A DNA stretch of 64,000 nucleotides from the NCBI GenBank assembly GCA_963822585.1, contig CAWGIE010000031.1, forward strand, positions 310,753 through 374,752. The letters are read 5' to 3'. A program made the translations under genes and the position numbers. Positions 27,073 to 36,632 of the stretch are shown piece after piece. The stretch is from an uncultured bacterium (GTDB taxonomy: Bacteria > Auribacterota > Erginobacteria > Erginobacterales > Erginobacteraceae). Each line of letters opens with the position of its first letter. Positions within the stretch are counted from its first letter, which is position 1. The notes below the pieces were generated by a model. It did not search any database. It saw only the letters and a list, made by a program, of their open reading frames with translations, and had not been told where the DNA came from.

Positions 27073-30000
27073 ATGAATAATAAACGGAAAGCAACCTTCC
27101 TGGCAATCCTGGCCGGCGGGCTGTTAACGACGGGCTTACTCCTGCTGTTTGATAAACCGGAGCAGATCTCTCCAGTAACCGATCCACCTTCTCCTCCATT
27201 GAAGCCGGCGCAGACCAGAGCCACACAGCCCATACTAACTGATAGCGAACCGGACGCCATAGTCGCGGGCGCAGTCGAAAAACAAATTCCGACGCCCTCA
27301 TATCTCCGTCAGCTGGCGGAATTCAAAAAAGAGGAAAAGACCGTCGGATATCGTATCCTCCGGGAAGACGAAACCGGCCTCACCCTGGAGATCTCTATAC
27401 CGGAATACCGGCTGGAAACGGTCTCGGCGGAAGGGCGCCCCGCTCAGTATCAACAGGTCACTATCCCGGGATACCTCACCCTGGAAGAGCCTGGTCGGCC
27501 TCTGATCCCCGTCACGGCCATCACCATCCCTCTGCCCGGCGTTGAATCGGTCGAAGTCTCCGCCGAAACCAACCTCCCCGTTGAATCGGGGGGGGAGGTC
27601 ATTCTGGCGGATGCGCCTTCGGACAGACAGAACAGGAGGGAGATCGAACGGATCTGGACAGAGAAGACTCTCGCCGACGGCCGGCTGCTTGAGGTGCTCC
27701 CCGACCGCTGGCGGACCTTCGCGGAAGAACGCCGGAAGGCGCTGGAGACAGAAGAAAACGTGCTCGATGAAGGAACCGGGTCAACGGATGTTGGGGATAA
27801 AAGTGACGCTCTCTACCCTCCACAGGTCGTGGAGTCCTCCGGTCCCCTCTGGGCGGGGGATGAGCAGTTCGTCAACCTCCGAATCACGCCGGTCCAGTAT
27901 TCCCGGTCAACCGGGAAGCTTGTTTCGTGCGACCGGGTGACGATTGATGTAAAATACGGCGCTCCGATCAAGACTTTGCCGAAGGGCGATCAACCCGATT
28001 ACGGCGCCCAGTTCGCCCTCGCCAACTCCGACGCCTTTAAAGCATCAGTCTGGCGGGACGGAGTGCATACCATCACCTATCAAAACCTGGTTGACGCCGG
28101 TTTCAACGTCGGCCAGGACCCCCGAGCGCTCCGGATGTATTTCATGGGGCAGGAGATATCTATTTATATTTACGGTCAGGAGGATGGCTCCTGGGACCCG
28201 GGCGATTACCTCGACTTCTACGGCCAAAAAAATACCGGATTCTACAGTCAGACCAACGTCTACTGGCTCTACCAGACTTCGGGAACCGGGAGCAGGATGT
28301 CTGAAGTTTCCTCTCCGCTATGCGGACGCCCGTCCCGGCAGGAGCATTTCCTGGACGCGCTTCACCTGGAAAAAAGAGTCTCCTACCAGCCGTTCCTCCC
28401 GGTGGGGGCGAACAACGATTACTGGTTCTGGGATTACGCCGGCTATACTTACGGCCTTGACTACCCCGCCACCATCACCTTTACCCTGGCCGGGGTGAGC
28501 GATTGGGAGGGAACCGCCTCCTTCACCGGACGCTATTTCGGTTACACCACATACGACGCGTACAACCCCGACCATCACACCCGGGTTTACCTGAACGGAC
28601 TGCTCCTGGGAGACTTTACCTGGGACGGGCAGGTCTCCTACACACTTCAGACCGATATTCCACAGAGCGCCTTCAACGAGGGGACCAACACCATTCTCAC
28701 CCAGGAGGTGAATGACCTGGGCCTGCCGATCACCGGAGAGTTTATTTTCATCGACAATTTCGACCTTACTTACTATCGCGACTATGAGAGTTCGGCGGAC
28801 TGGCTCACCTTTACCGCTTCCGGGAAGGCCGACTATCGGATCGGCGGCTTCAGCGGCGATGACCTCGCGCTCTATGACATCACAAACACCGACGCTCCTC
28901 AGAGAATCACCGATTTCACGGTCCAGACGGATGGCGTGAATACTCTCGTCTTCCGAAAATGGGACGCCGTCACAAAACGATACTGCGCCTTTTGCCGAAC
29001 CTCTTCTCTCACCCCGACCCTGACCCAGAACACGCCCTCCGATCTGCCCTCACCCCGGGTCATCGACTATATAATTATCACTCACCCCAACTTCACTGCC
29101 GCCATTCAGCCCCTGGCCGCCTTCCGGGAGGAGACCGCTCACGGCGATTTCCGGGTGGAGACGTTCGAGGTCCAAGATATCTATAATACCTTCGGCTTCG
29201 GTAACTTCACCCCCTACGCCATCAAATATTTTCTTCAGTACGCCTACACCGATTGGGACGCCCTGACTCATCCCCAGTACGCTCTCCTGGTAGGGGACGG
29301 GAATTACGACTACCAAAACTACCTGGGGCTGAGCCTGACAAATTACGTCCCTCCCTATATGTTCCACAGTCAGTATATGGAAACGGCTTCCGACAACTGG
29401 TACGTCAGTTTTATCGGGGAAGACCGGATCCCCGACATGAACATCGGGCGGCTCTGCGTTACTTCCTTCAGCGAAACCACCCAGCAGGCCGGCAGAATCA
29501 TCGGATATGAGAACGGGACCGACGGTCTCTCCTGGCAGGACAACATCCTGATGGTGGCGGATAATCCGGACCCGGCCGCGGGAGACTTCCCCGCTGACAG
29601 CAACTGGCTGATCGCCAATTACATCCCGCCCTCCTTCACGGCCCAGACCGCTTATGTTCCAAACCTCGGCGTGGCCGGAACCAGGAACGCTATCATCAAC
29701 GGCTGCAACAGCGGCAAACTCCTCGTCAACTACATGGGCCACGGCGCGACGAATACCTGGTCTTCGCCCACCATCTTCAGTACCACCAATATCGCCTCGC
29801 TCACCAACGCCGACCGCTTGAACTTGCTGATCACGCCGACCTGTCTCAACGGCTACTGGTGCGATACCGCCGGGGATTGCCTGGCCGAAGCCATGACCTT
29901 GACCCCGAAAAAAGGATCGATAGCCGCCGTATCACCCTCCGGCCTCTCCCTCAACACGCCCGCCCGGCAACTGACCGGCTTTCTCTTCCAGGAACTGTTG

Positions 30001-30126
30001 ACCAATTATTATCCCTGCGGACCCGCATTGACCCGGGCCAAGATCCGGCTGGCCGCGATAACGCCATATCTCTACATGCTCGACATCTACACGCTCTTCG
30101 GCGACCCGGCATTGCCGTTAAAGTGA
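27073..30126 (+). CDS. C25 (gingipain-like) cysteine peptidase with propeptide
   Basis: N-terminal signal/TM; propeptide-like EPGRPLIP; DYIIIT, YALLVGDG, SDNWY, IGRL, NYMGHG (His), TCLNG (Cys), FGDPAL at the C-terminus. Confidence 0.9.
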   Translation: MNNKRKATFLAILAGGLLTTGLLLLFDKPEQISPVTDPPSPPLKPAQTRATQPILTDSEPDAIVAGAVEKQIPTPSYLRQLAEFKKEEKTVGYRILREDETGLTLEISIPEYRLETVSAEGRPAQYQQVTIPGYLTLEEPGRPLIPVTAITIPLPGVESVEVSAETNLPVESGGEVILADAPSDRQNRREIERIWTEKTLADGRLLEVLPDRWRTFAEERRKALETEENVLDEGTGSTDVGDKSDALYPPQVVESSGPLWAGDEQFVNLRITPVQYSRSTGKLVSCDRVTIDVKYGAPIKTLPKGDQPDYGAQFALANSDAFKASVWRDGVHTITYQNLVDAGFNVGQDPRALRMYFMGQEISIYIYGQEDGSWDPGDYLDFYGQKNTGFYSQTNVYWLYQTSGTGSRMSEVSSPLCGRPSRQEHFLDALHLEKRVSYQPFLPVGANNDYWFWDYAGYTYGLDYPATITFTLAGVSDWEGTASFTGRYFGYTTYDAYNPDHHTRVYLNGLLLGDFTWDGQVSYTLQTDIPQSAFNEGTNTILTQEVNDLGLPITGEFIFIDNFDLTYYRDYESSADWLTFTASGKADYRIGGFSGDDLALYDITNTDAPQRITDFTVQTDGVNTLVFRKWDAVTKRYCAFCRTSSLTPTLTQNTPSDLPSPRVIDYIIITHPNFTAAIQPLAAFREETAHGDFRVETFEVQDIYNTFGFGNFTPYAIKYFLQYAYTDWDALTHPQYALLVGDGNYDYQNYLGLSLTNYVPPYMFHSQYMETASDNWYVSFIGEDRIPDMNIGRLCVTSFSETTQQAGRIIGYENGTDGLSWQDNILMVADNPDPAAGDFPADSNWLIANYIPPSFTAQTAYVPNLGVAGTRNAIINGCNSGKLLVNYMGHGATNTWSSPTIFSTTNIASLTNADRLNLLITPTCLNGYWCDTAGDCLAEAMTLTPKKGSIAAVSPSGLSLNTPARQLTGFLFQELLTNYYPCGPALTRAKIRLAAITPYLYMLDIYTLFGDPALPLK

Positions 30127-30150
30127 GGTGGGAGGCGGAGATTGAAAATG

Positions 30151-30330
30151 CATTTCCAATATCCAACGGCCAATAACCACTATTCAAATGCAGATAACCA
30201 ACGGTTGAAAATTGGAAGTTGGTCATTGGAAATCGGAAGTTAATTAGTGGTACCAGCAAAGGCCTCCACTGCCTACTGCCTATCGTAACGAAGTGAAGAC
30301 CCCGACTGAAAGTCGGGGCTGCCTACTGCC
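30151..30330. repeat. Heptamer palindrome plus CTACTGC-type tandem with inserted REP hairpin
   Basis: atttccaatatccaa..ccaataaccactattcaa / ttgaaaattggaagttggtcattggaaat; then cactgcctactgccta [ccccgactgaaagtcgggg] ctgcctactgcc. Confidence 0.7.
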
Positions 30331-30331
30331 C

Positions 30332-31345
30332 ATGACATCCCCCGAATCCCGTCTCCTCCGGCAACTCCTCCTCAACCTGGATGATCGAACCGCCGCCTCC
30401 CCCCTCCTTAAAACCGAAGGGATCGATTGGAACCGTTTTCAGGCCCTGGTAAGGAATCATCGCCTGGGGCCTCTTTTCCACCGGGGGTTCCCTCCTCTGC
30501 CCGCCATCCCTCCCGACGTACGCCGGGATTGGGAAGAGCTTTTCAACCGGCAGCTGGCCGGACTTGTCCTCTCGCAGAATATCCTGGAGCAGGTTCTCGC
30601 TTCCCTGGCCGCGGAAGGGATCGCGGTCCTGGTTTTAAAAGGAGCCCATCTGAGAGAAGCGTACTATCCCCACCCGGTATTCCGTCCCGTCGATGACATC
30701 GATCTCCTGATCCATTCCGGAGATCGGGAGAAGGCCGGAAAACTGCTCCAGCGGCGGGACTTCCTGCCGGGGGAAGAAACCGCCACCGCGGATAAGTTCG
30801 CCCCGGCGGATTCATCGGTATTCATCGAAGTACACGTCAACCTGCAGACGGCAGGGCGAAAAAACCCGTCTTTCGAGATTGAGATCGACGATTTCTGGGA
30901 GAACTCCCGCCAAACCCGGATCGCGGGCGCACCGGCCCGGGTGCTCACACCCGACCTCAATCTTCTTTACCTGGCCGCTCACCTCAGCCACCACGGTTTC
31001 GAACGGCTGATCTGGTTTTACGATCTCCACTTAATCATGGAAAAAGAGAAAACCCGGATTAACTGGGATTTTCTGATCGAGCGGGCAACACACTACCGAT
31101 GCCGATCGCAGGTCTATTATCCACTTCTCATGACCGGCTTTTTCTTCGGGAAGCCGGCCCCTGCCGGAGTACTCAGCCGCCTTGCTCCCACCGCACCGAA
31201 AAAGCTCCTAACCCGCTTCTTCATCAACCCCGGCGCCGTTCTGGATGGCCGGATACCCGTCACCGGCTGGAAAGCCCTCCGCAACCGCTTCCTTCTCAAC
31301 GACAATTGGTGGCTGGCATTGAAAAAGTTTTTTGCGAAGAATTAA
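30332..31345 (+). CDS. Nucleotidyltransferase-family protein (type found in lasso/PqqD cassettes)
   Basis: IDW...HRL, LVLKGAHL...YY, RPVDDIDLLI (DxD), IEVH and H..HH...LIWFYDL motifs; ATG 30332. Confidence 0.85.
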   Translation: MTSPESRLLRQLLLNLDDRTAASPLLKTEGIDWNRFQALVRNHRLGPLFHRGFPPLPAIPPDVRRDWEELFNRQLAGLVLSQNILEQVLASLAAEGIAVLVLKGAHLREAYYPHPVFRPVDDIDLLIHSGDREKAGKLLQRRDFLPGEETATADKFAPADSSVFIEVHVNLQTAGRKNPSFEIEIDDFWENSRQTRIAGAPARVLTPDLNLLYLAAHLSHHGFERLIWFYDLHLIMEKEKTRINWDFLIERATHYRCRSQVYYPLLMTGFFFGKPAPAGVLSRLAPTAPKKLLTRFFINPGAVLDGRIPVTGWKALRNRFLLNDNWWLALKKFFAKN

Positions 31346-31511
31346 TATGCTATACTTAGATAATAGAGGCTGAGTTGATCGGGGAATGGAATGATTTTGA
31401 GGAGATGGCCGGAGAAATTGAAGAAGTAATTGAATCCCGACAGCTTGAAGAAGATGGGTGCCACGTATCCTCTTGAAAGTGATGCTATATCCAATCTAAA
31501 GAGATGAACCA

Positions 31512-31796
31512 ATGAAAAGGATATACCAGAAGAACCCCGACGTGGTCTATCGCGTCATCGCCGGGGAGGCGATCCTCCTTCCGATCACCCGGGAGACCCA
31601 GGCGGCGGGAAGGATGCTCACCCTCAACGAGGTCGGGGCCTTCATTTGGGAACGGCTGGACGGGAAACGGACACTTTCGGAGATCGCCGGGGAGATCGGT
31701 GAAGAATACGAGGTGGAAGAGGAGACCGCCGAGAAGGACCTTCGGGAACTGATCGAGAAACTGGAGAAGATGGGGGCGATCATTCCAACGACTTAA
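31512..31796 (+). CDS. PqqD-family protein / stand-alone RiPP recognition element (RRE)
   Basis: 94 aa; YRVIAGEAILL...LNEVGAFIWERLDG..T..EI...I.EEYEV.......DL..LIEKL.K.GAI is the PqqD pattern. Confidence 0.9.
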   Translation: MKRIYQKNPDVVYRVIAGEAILLPITRETQAAGRMLTLNEVGAFIWERLDGKRTLSEIAGEIGEEYEVEEETAEKDLRELIEKLEKMGAIIPTT

Positions 31797-31812
31797 AATC
31801 AGCCGCGAAGTA

Positions 31813-32028
31813 TGCCCGGGGACGCCAACGGCGTCCAACATCATAGCCCGGGGTGCAACCCTGGGGATCGCCCCCCCCACCTCAACCCCCTACCCGCACC
31901 CCAACGGTGTAGCCTGCCCTGAGCGAAGTCGAAGGGCTACATCATTGAATCGTGTAGCACATTCAGATGATTTTTCAGGGAAATGTAGCCCTTCGACTTC
32001 GCTCAGGGCAGGCTACCCCGTTGGGGTG
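31813..32028. repeat. REP cluster / long hairpin at the convergence of the two gene arrays
   Basis: 46-bp inverted arms 31897-31942 and 31983-32028 (one mismatch) containing ccctgagcgaagtcgaaggg; preceded by gacgccaacggcgtc and other small hairpins. Confidence 0.85.
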
Positions 32029-32056
32029 GAATAAGCGGTGAAGAATCGAACATGTC

Positions 32057-33214
32057 TCAACAAAGTCTTTCATAAAGCGCCACCATCTCCTTCGCTTTCT
32101 CTTCCCAGGTGCAGTGCCGGGCGGTCTCCTTCCCGGCCTGCCCCATCGCTGGTCCGTTCCCGTCTTTGACGATGCGGTTGGCGAACTCGGCGATCTCCTC
32201 GCTGTCCTCCGGGTTCTCCAGCAGGTACCCCTCACTCCCCGGCGTGATCAGTTCGGCCGATCCCACCCGGCGGCTGGTGATGACCGGCAGACCCGCCGCC
32301 ATCGCCTCCAGGGCGGCGGTCCCGAACGGATCGAAGAGGGTGGGAAAAATAAAGAGGTCGGCGGCGAAGAAGTAATCCCGACTCTCGCGGTAAACGGGGC
32401 CGGTAAAGGTTACCCGCTCCATTATTCCCAGCTCTTCCGTTATTTCCCGGCAGGTTCGCATCCCCCCCGTCCCTCCCACTGCGAGAAGCTTCACCCGCCG
32501 ATCGATCAGGGGGATCGCCCGCAAAAGAAGGGGAAGCCCCTTCCGCCGGAAATCATACCCGACAAAGAGAGCGATCGTGTCTTCTTTGCCGAAGCCGAGA
32601 CGTGACCGGAGGGCGGACCGACGCTCTTCCCGGTCCGGGGGGTTATAGTGATCGTAATCGACGCCGCCATGCACCGGGACGATATCGTCCGGCGGCAGGT
32701 TGTAGTAGCGGAGAATCTGTTCTTTTTCGAAACCGGAAGCGGGGACCAGCTTCCGGTAGAGTCGGCGGCCGTAAACGTGCCGTTCCAGCAGCCGCAGGAG
32801 CAGATGCTTCGGCGTCTGCTGGGAAAGACGTCCCGGAAGAGATTCTTTCGCCCGCTCCTCCATAACGGCCTTCTGGCACATAAGCTGGGTGATGAAAAGA
32901 TTCCGGTCGGCGGCGAGGCCGTTATAGATATGGAGGATATCGGTCTCCGGTCCCAGGCGGCGGGCCAGGCGGGTGGCGCTGAGATAGTTGCAGATTACCC
33001 GGAGGGGAAAGAAAAAATCCAGCTTTTTAAGATGATACCCCCTGATCGGCGGAAGGGGATGGATCTCGATCTTGGCCGGAAGGTGCGGCTCCCAGGTATT
33101 CGCGTAAACTTCCACCCGGTGAAGGGGGGCGATGTACTTCACCATCGACCAGAGCGTGAGACCGGCACCGGAGGTGGGGCTGAAATGCCCGGAAGAAATG
33201 TAGACAATCTTCAT
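32057..33214 (-). CDS. Glycosyltransferase family 4 (WaaG-like)
   Basis: LFVGYDFRRKG and DPFGTAALEAMAAGLPVITS motifs. Confidence 0.9.
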   Translation of the reverse strand: MKIVYISSGHFSPTSGAGLTLWSMVKYIAPLHRVEVYANTWEPHLPAKIEIHPLPPIRGYHLKKLDFFFPLRVICNYLSATRLARRLGPETDILHIYNGLAADRNLFITQLMCQKAVMEERAKESLPGRLSQQTPKHLLLRLLERHVYGRRLYRKLVPASGFEKEQILRYYNLPPDDIVPVHGGVDYDHYNPPDREERRSALRSRLGFGKEDTIALFVGYDFRRKGLPLLLRAIPLIDRRVKLLAVGGTGGMRTCREITEELGIMERVTFTGPVYRESRDYFFAADLFIFPTLFDPFGTAALEAMAAGLPVITSRRVGSAELITPGSEGYLLENPEDSEEIAEFANRIVKDGNGPAMGQAGKETARHCTWEEKAKEMVALYERLC

Positions 33215-33312
33215 TATCGATTACGGCCGATTGAAAGGGTACATGCTTGACCCGAATTTTTCATGATTCGATGTGTCTTTTTACCGTCCTCGTCCGCCGA
33301 AAAGGAATATTT

Positions 33313-34815
33313 TTATTCCCGGCGGGGAGAGAGCAGGTATATCCATCCGTCCTCGAACTCCATTGCCCGGAAGGGACTGTTCCAGATGATATCCGGAGGC
33401 TGGATTAAATATATCCGGTGAGTTTTTTTGAACCAGACGAACGCTTTAATCCCCTCTTCTTCAAACCGGGCCGATTCCGGAGAGATCTCCGACTTTCCGG
33501 GTAGATAGCGGGGATAGATCCGGTGCCATAACCAGAACGGTTCCGGATCGGTCACCAGGATCTCCGCGGGCTTAAACCGATCAACGGCAAAAGCCAGGGT
33601 GGGACTGGATTTCCAATCAAAATATCCTTTCGTTCCTTTCCGCAACATTCCTGCTTCACCGATACCCCGGATGATAATCCATACCACCCAGAGAAAGTAG
33701 AGAATGATCGTATATACCTTCCTATTTCTCCGGAGGGAGGTTTGGACCGTCCCTCGTGCCGGGAGAGTGGCCATCATGAGCGCGAACATAATAACCAGAG
33801 GGGAAAATAACCGTCTATCAACCACCGCGGGGTTAATGAACGTGCAGATGAAGATAACCGAAATCAGATATCCGACTGTCAATAAAAAGTTGATCAGATA
33901 AACCGCGGCATCCATTCGGAATTTCCGGCCCGAGAGCAGATGCTTATACCGTAATACAGCGGTTATAACCAGACCGGCCAGAGGGGCGTATATGAACGCG
34001 GCCCATGGCAGCGGAGGTCTTTTGATGCCCAGAATGATCTCCCACCAGCTCAAAGAGGCCAGGATGGAATTCCCTTTCAAAGTCCCTGAACCCCTGACGG
34101 CGACAACCAGGTTTTTAGTCAACAACCAGTTTCTTACCAGCCACGGACCGAAGATGAGAAGGGATATCAGGATGGAGAACCCGAGAAGAATAACAGCCTT
34201 CCGGGGGGAAATCCGGCGGACAAGAAGTAAAAGGATGAACGGGGAGCTTACCAGGAAGGCGATAAAAGCGTATCGGACCAGAACCGCCAGACCTAAAGTA
34301 ATGCCAAGGCAGATCGCGGCTTGCTTCCCGGGGTTTTTTATTAATTTCAGAATAAAATAATTTATGGCAATCACGAACAACCAGGATAATGGCTCTGATA
34401 ATACCACCCCGATGAAATTTAAGAGTACGGGGTGCAAACCTACCACCGCTTCCGCGGCCAGGGCTAAAATAAAAGAAGCGGTATATCTCCGGACAAAAGC
34501 AGCCGTTCCCACCAAGAGAAGAAAATAACAGATCAGACTGACAATTTGAGCGGACGCCAGCCAGTTCAAACCCAACCAGATCGGGACAGCGAGAACCATA
34601 ATGTATCCCGGCGCCGCGATCGTGTTGGGAATCGTATCGGGTGAACAAGCAACGGTAATTTCATGCAATTCGGTTAAATTCACGGCCGAATTCAAATACT
34701 TGGCGCCATCCGGTCCCACCCTCATGCCATCGGATATCATCGGATAGAGAACGAAGCCTGAAAGAAGAAGAGCCAAAGCCGTGGCGGCGGATAAAAAAAT
34801 ATATTTCTTGCTCAT
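33313..34815 (-). CDS. GT-C (ArnT-like) membrane glycosyltransferase
   Basis: PDGAKY after TM1, PGY, LSEPL, LVRY and PWLVRN motifs; likely start ATG 34815 overlapping the upstream stop. Confidence 0.7.
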   Translation of the reverse strand: MSKKYIFLSAATALALLLSGFVLYPMISDGMRVGPDGAKYLNSAVNLTELHEITVACSPDTIPNTIAAPGYIMVLAVPIWLGLNWLASAQIVSLICYFLLLVGTAAFVRRYTASFILALAAEAVVGLHPVLLNFIGVVLSEPLSWLFVIAINYFILKLIKNPGKQAAICLGITLGLAVLVRYAFIAFLVSSPFILLLLVRRISPRKAVILLGFSILISLLIFGPWLVRNWLLTKNLVVAVRGSGTLKGNSILASLSWWEIILGIKRPPLPWAAFIYAPLAGLVITAVLRYKHLLSGRKFRMDAAVYLINFLLTVGYLISVIFICTFINPAVVDRRLFSPLVIMFALMMATLPARGTVQTSLRRNRKVYTIILYFLWVVWIIIRGIGEAGMLRKGTKGYFDWKSSPTLAFAVDRFKPAEILVTDPEPFWLWHRIYPRYLPGKSEISPESARFEEEGIKAFVWFKKTHRIYLIQPPDIIWNSPFRAMEFEDGWIYLLSPRRE

Positions 34816-36551
34816 TTTTCCGATCCCCCGATCTTTTTCAACCGGATCAGATCGAACCATTGATTGGAGAACAGTACACTGCCCCGCGTCTGAAATGCCT
34901 GCTTTAGTTCCGCGGCTGCCGCCGAGTTTTTTCTGAGAAGTATAAATCCAACCCGATATTTATTAATAATTTCTTCTCGGTCGCTTTCGGTCGCCGTCTT
35001 GCTGAAGAAGGATAAGACGTCCTGTCTCCTCCTGGCGTCATCACGGACAAAGGCGATCGGCTTGGGGGTGGCCACCACCTTACCCCCGAAGGTGGGTATC
35101 GGCCCCGCATCTTCGAGTTCCGCCAATATCACGTCACGCGGGCCAGTGTAATTTTGGAGGAATAGGTATTGATCAATGACGCTCTCCTGTCCGGGACGGC
35201 ATCTTCCCAGGAACGGACCGATCATGTGCCGGAAGGAAAGGCCAAAAAGAGCGAGCACTATCAAACCGGCATATCCCAGCTTCAGGATCGAAGGGGGAAC
35301 GCGGTGAAAAGACAACCGGGATTCGATCCCGGAAATCCAGTCGGCGATTGTTATCTGCAGTATGATGAGAACGTATGAGATCACGCGCCCGTACCCCCAT
35401 TTTGCGGTCATCCCGCCATAGATGTAAACGAGGGAAAGTCCGATAAACATCAGACCCAGCGGGTCCAGCCGGTTGCGCTTGAATCGCCAGATAATGATCG
35501 GAAGACCGAGCAGGGCCGGGTAGATTCGTTCCACCAGCCCGGAGTACAGGATACGATTCCCTTCCCCATGCAGGGACGACTCTCCGAATAGAAGCCGGAA
35601 AAAGGGGAAATAGGGCCAGGCGGCATTCAGAACGAAGGCGAGGAGAAAGACGCCGGCCAGGATGAGGTAATCCTGGAGGGGGAGCAGTCTGATTCCCAGT
35701 GACAGTGAAATCAGGCCGATCATTAAAAACACGAAACTGAGCGGGTGGGTCGAGAGGACGAGGGCAACCACCGCGGCGATGGGAACAAACCAGATCCGGC
35801 GGCCGGTATTAATGAGAAGAATAAACATCGCGAAAGCCAGAAAGACCAGGGAGATGGCAAAGGTAGAGGGATACGGCAAAACGTACCCGAAAACCCTCAG
35901 GTGAAAGAATCCACTCCACCACCAGGGATATCGACCCCAGAGAAGCAATACGAACAGCAGAGCATAAAATGCCGTCTCGGAGCGTTTGAGTAAAAGTGTG
36001 ATAAAGATATGAAAAGAAAACAAAAAGAGGATGAGATTGCCGAGCCCCGCTACGGCAAGCACCGTTAGCGGGGAGATCCCCGTAAACCGGGAAAAAAGAG
36101 CTAACCCCACCGTGTAGAGTGAATAAAAAGCACTCGGCGCGTCGAGCAAAAGCCGTGGATGAGATGGACTTAATGGGTTGGCGGCCAGCTCCTTGATCGC
36201 GGCGCTGTGGACCCAGAAATCCGCCTGCCAGGGGTTGTTAAGCGTGTGCAACCCCATGAGCAGTATTAAGATGAAAGATAAAATGAGATATCTATATCTA
36301 AGCAGGAAAGAAACGGTGGATTCCCTTATTCCAGGACCAGTGGAGCAATTTATTTTGCTGGTTCTCTTCCATTTTGTGTGGGCGGTTATTATACTCAAAA
36401 AGTGCGGATAATCACCTTCTGGCGCTATTTTGGAGTGCATTGACCGTGTCAATGCATGCAGCGACATGGTCGCTGCACTCCATAAGAACCATAATCTACC
36501 CACACAAAATGGAAGAGAACCATTTTTCTCAATCTCATAACAGGACTTCAT
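34812..36551 (-). CDS. Polytopic membrane protein, GT-C-like; start uncertain
   Basis: DFWVH after the first TM, THPLS, about ten TMs, C-terminal ...IINKYRVGFILL domain typical of GT-C-like proteins. The first ~80 codons may be non-coding. Confidence 0.55.
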   Translation of the reverse strand: MKSCYEIEKNGSLPFCVGRLWFLWSAATMSLHALTRSMHSKIAPEGDYPHFLSIITAHTKWKRTSKINCSTGPGIRESTVSFLLRYRYLILSFILILLMGLHTLNNPWQADFWVHSAAIKELAANPLSPSHPRLLLDAPSAFYSLYTVGLALFSRFTGISPLTVLAVAGLGNLILFLFSFHIFITLLLKRSETAFYALLFVLLLWGRYPWWWSGFFHLRVFGYVLPYPSTFAISLVFLAFAMFILLINTGRRIWFVPIAAVVALVLSTHPLSFVFLMIGLISLSLGIRLLPLQDYLILAGVFLLAFVLNAAWPYFPFFRLLFGESSLHGEGNRILYSGLVERIYPALLGLPIIIWRFKRNRLDPLGLMFIGLSLVYIYGGMTAKWGYGRVISYVLIILQITIADWISGIESRLSFHRVPPSILKLGYAGLIVLALFGLSFRHMIGPFLGRCRPGQESVIDQYLFLQNYTGPRDVILAELEDAGPIPTFGGKVVATPKPIAFVRDDARRRQDVLSFFSKTATESDREEIINKYRVGFILLRKNSAAAAELKQAFQTRGSVLFSNQWFDLIRLKKIGGSEK

Positions 36552-36632
36552 TATTATTCTTACGGTATATCGCCGCTATCCATACCGATTCCGCCATTGT
36601 TCAAAATCAACCCGATTTATGAATAAATCGGG

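Noticed and set aside
24055..31796. Lasso peptide or PQQ biosynthesis cluster
   Set aside because: No asparagine-synthetase-like cyclase or transglutaminase-like B2 protease, no PqqB/PqqC, and the peptide lacks the PqqA ExxxY core.
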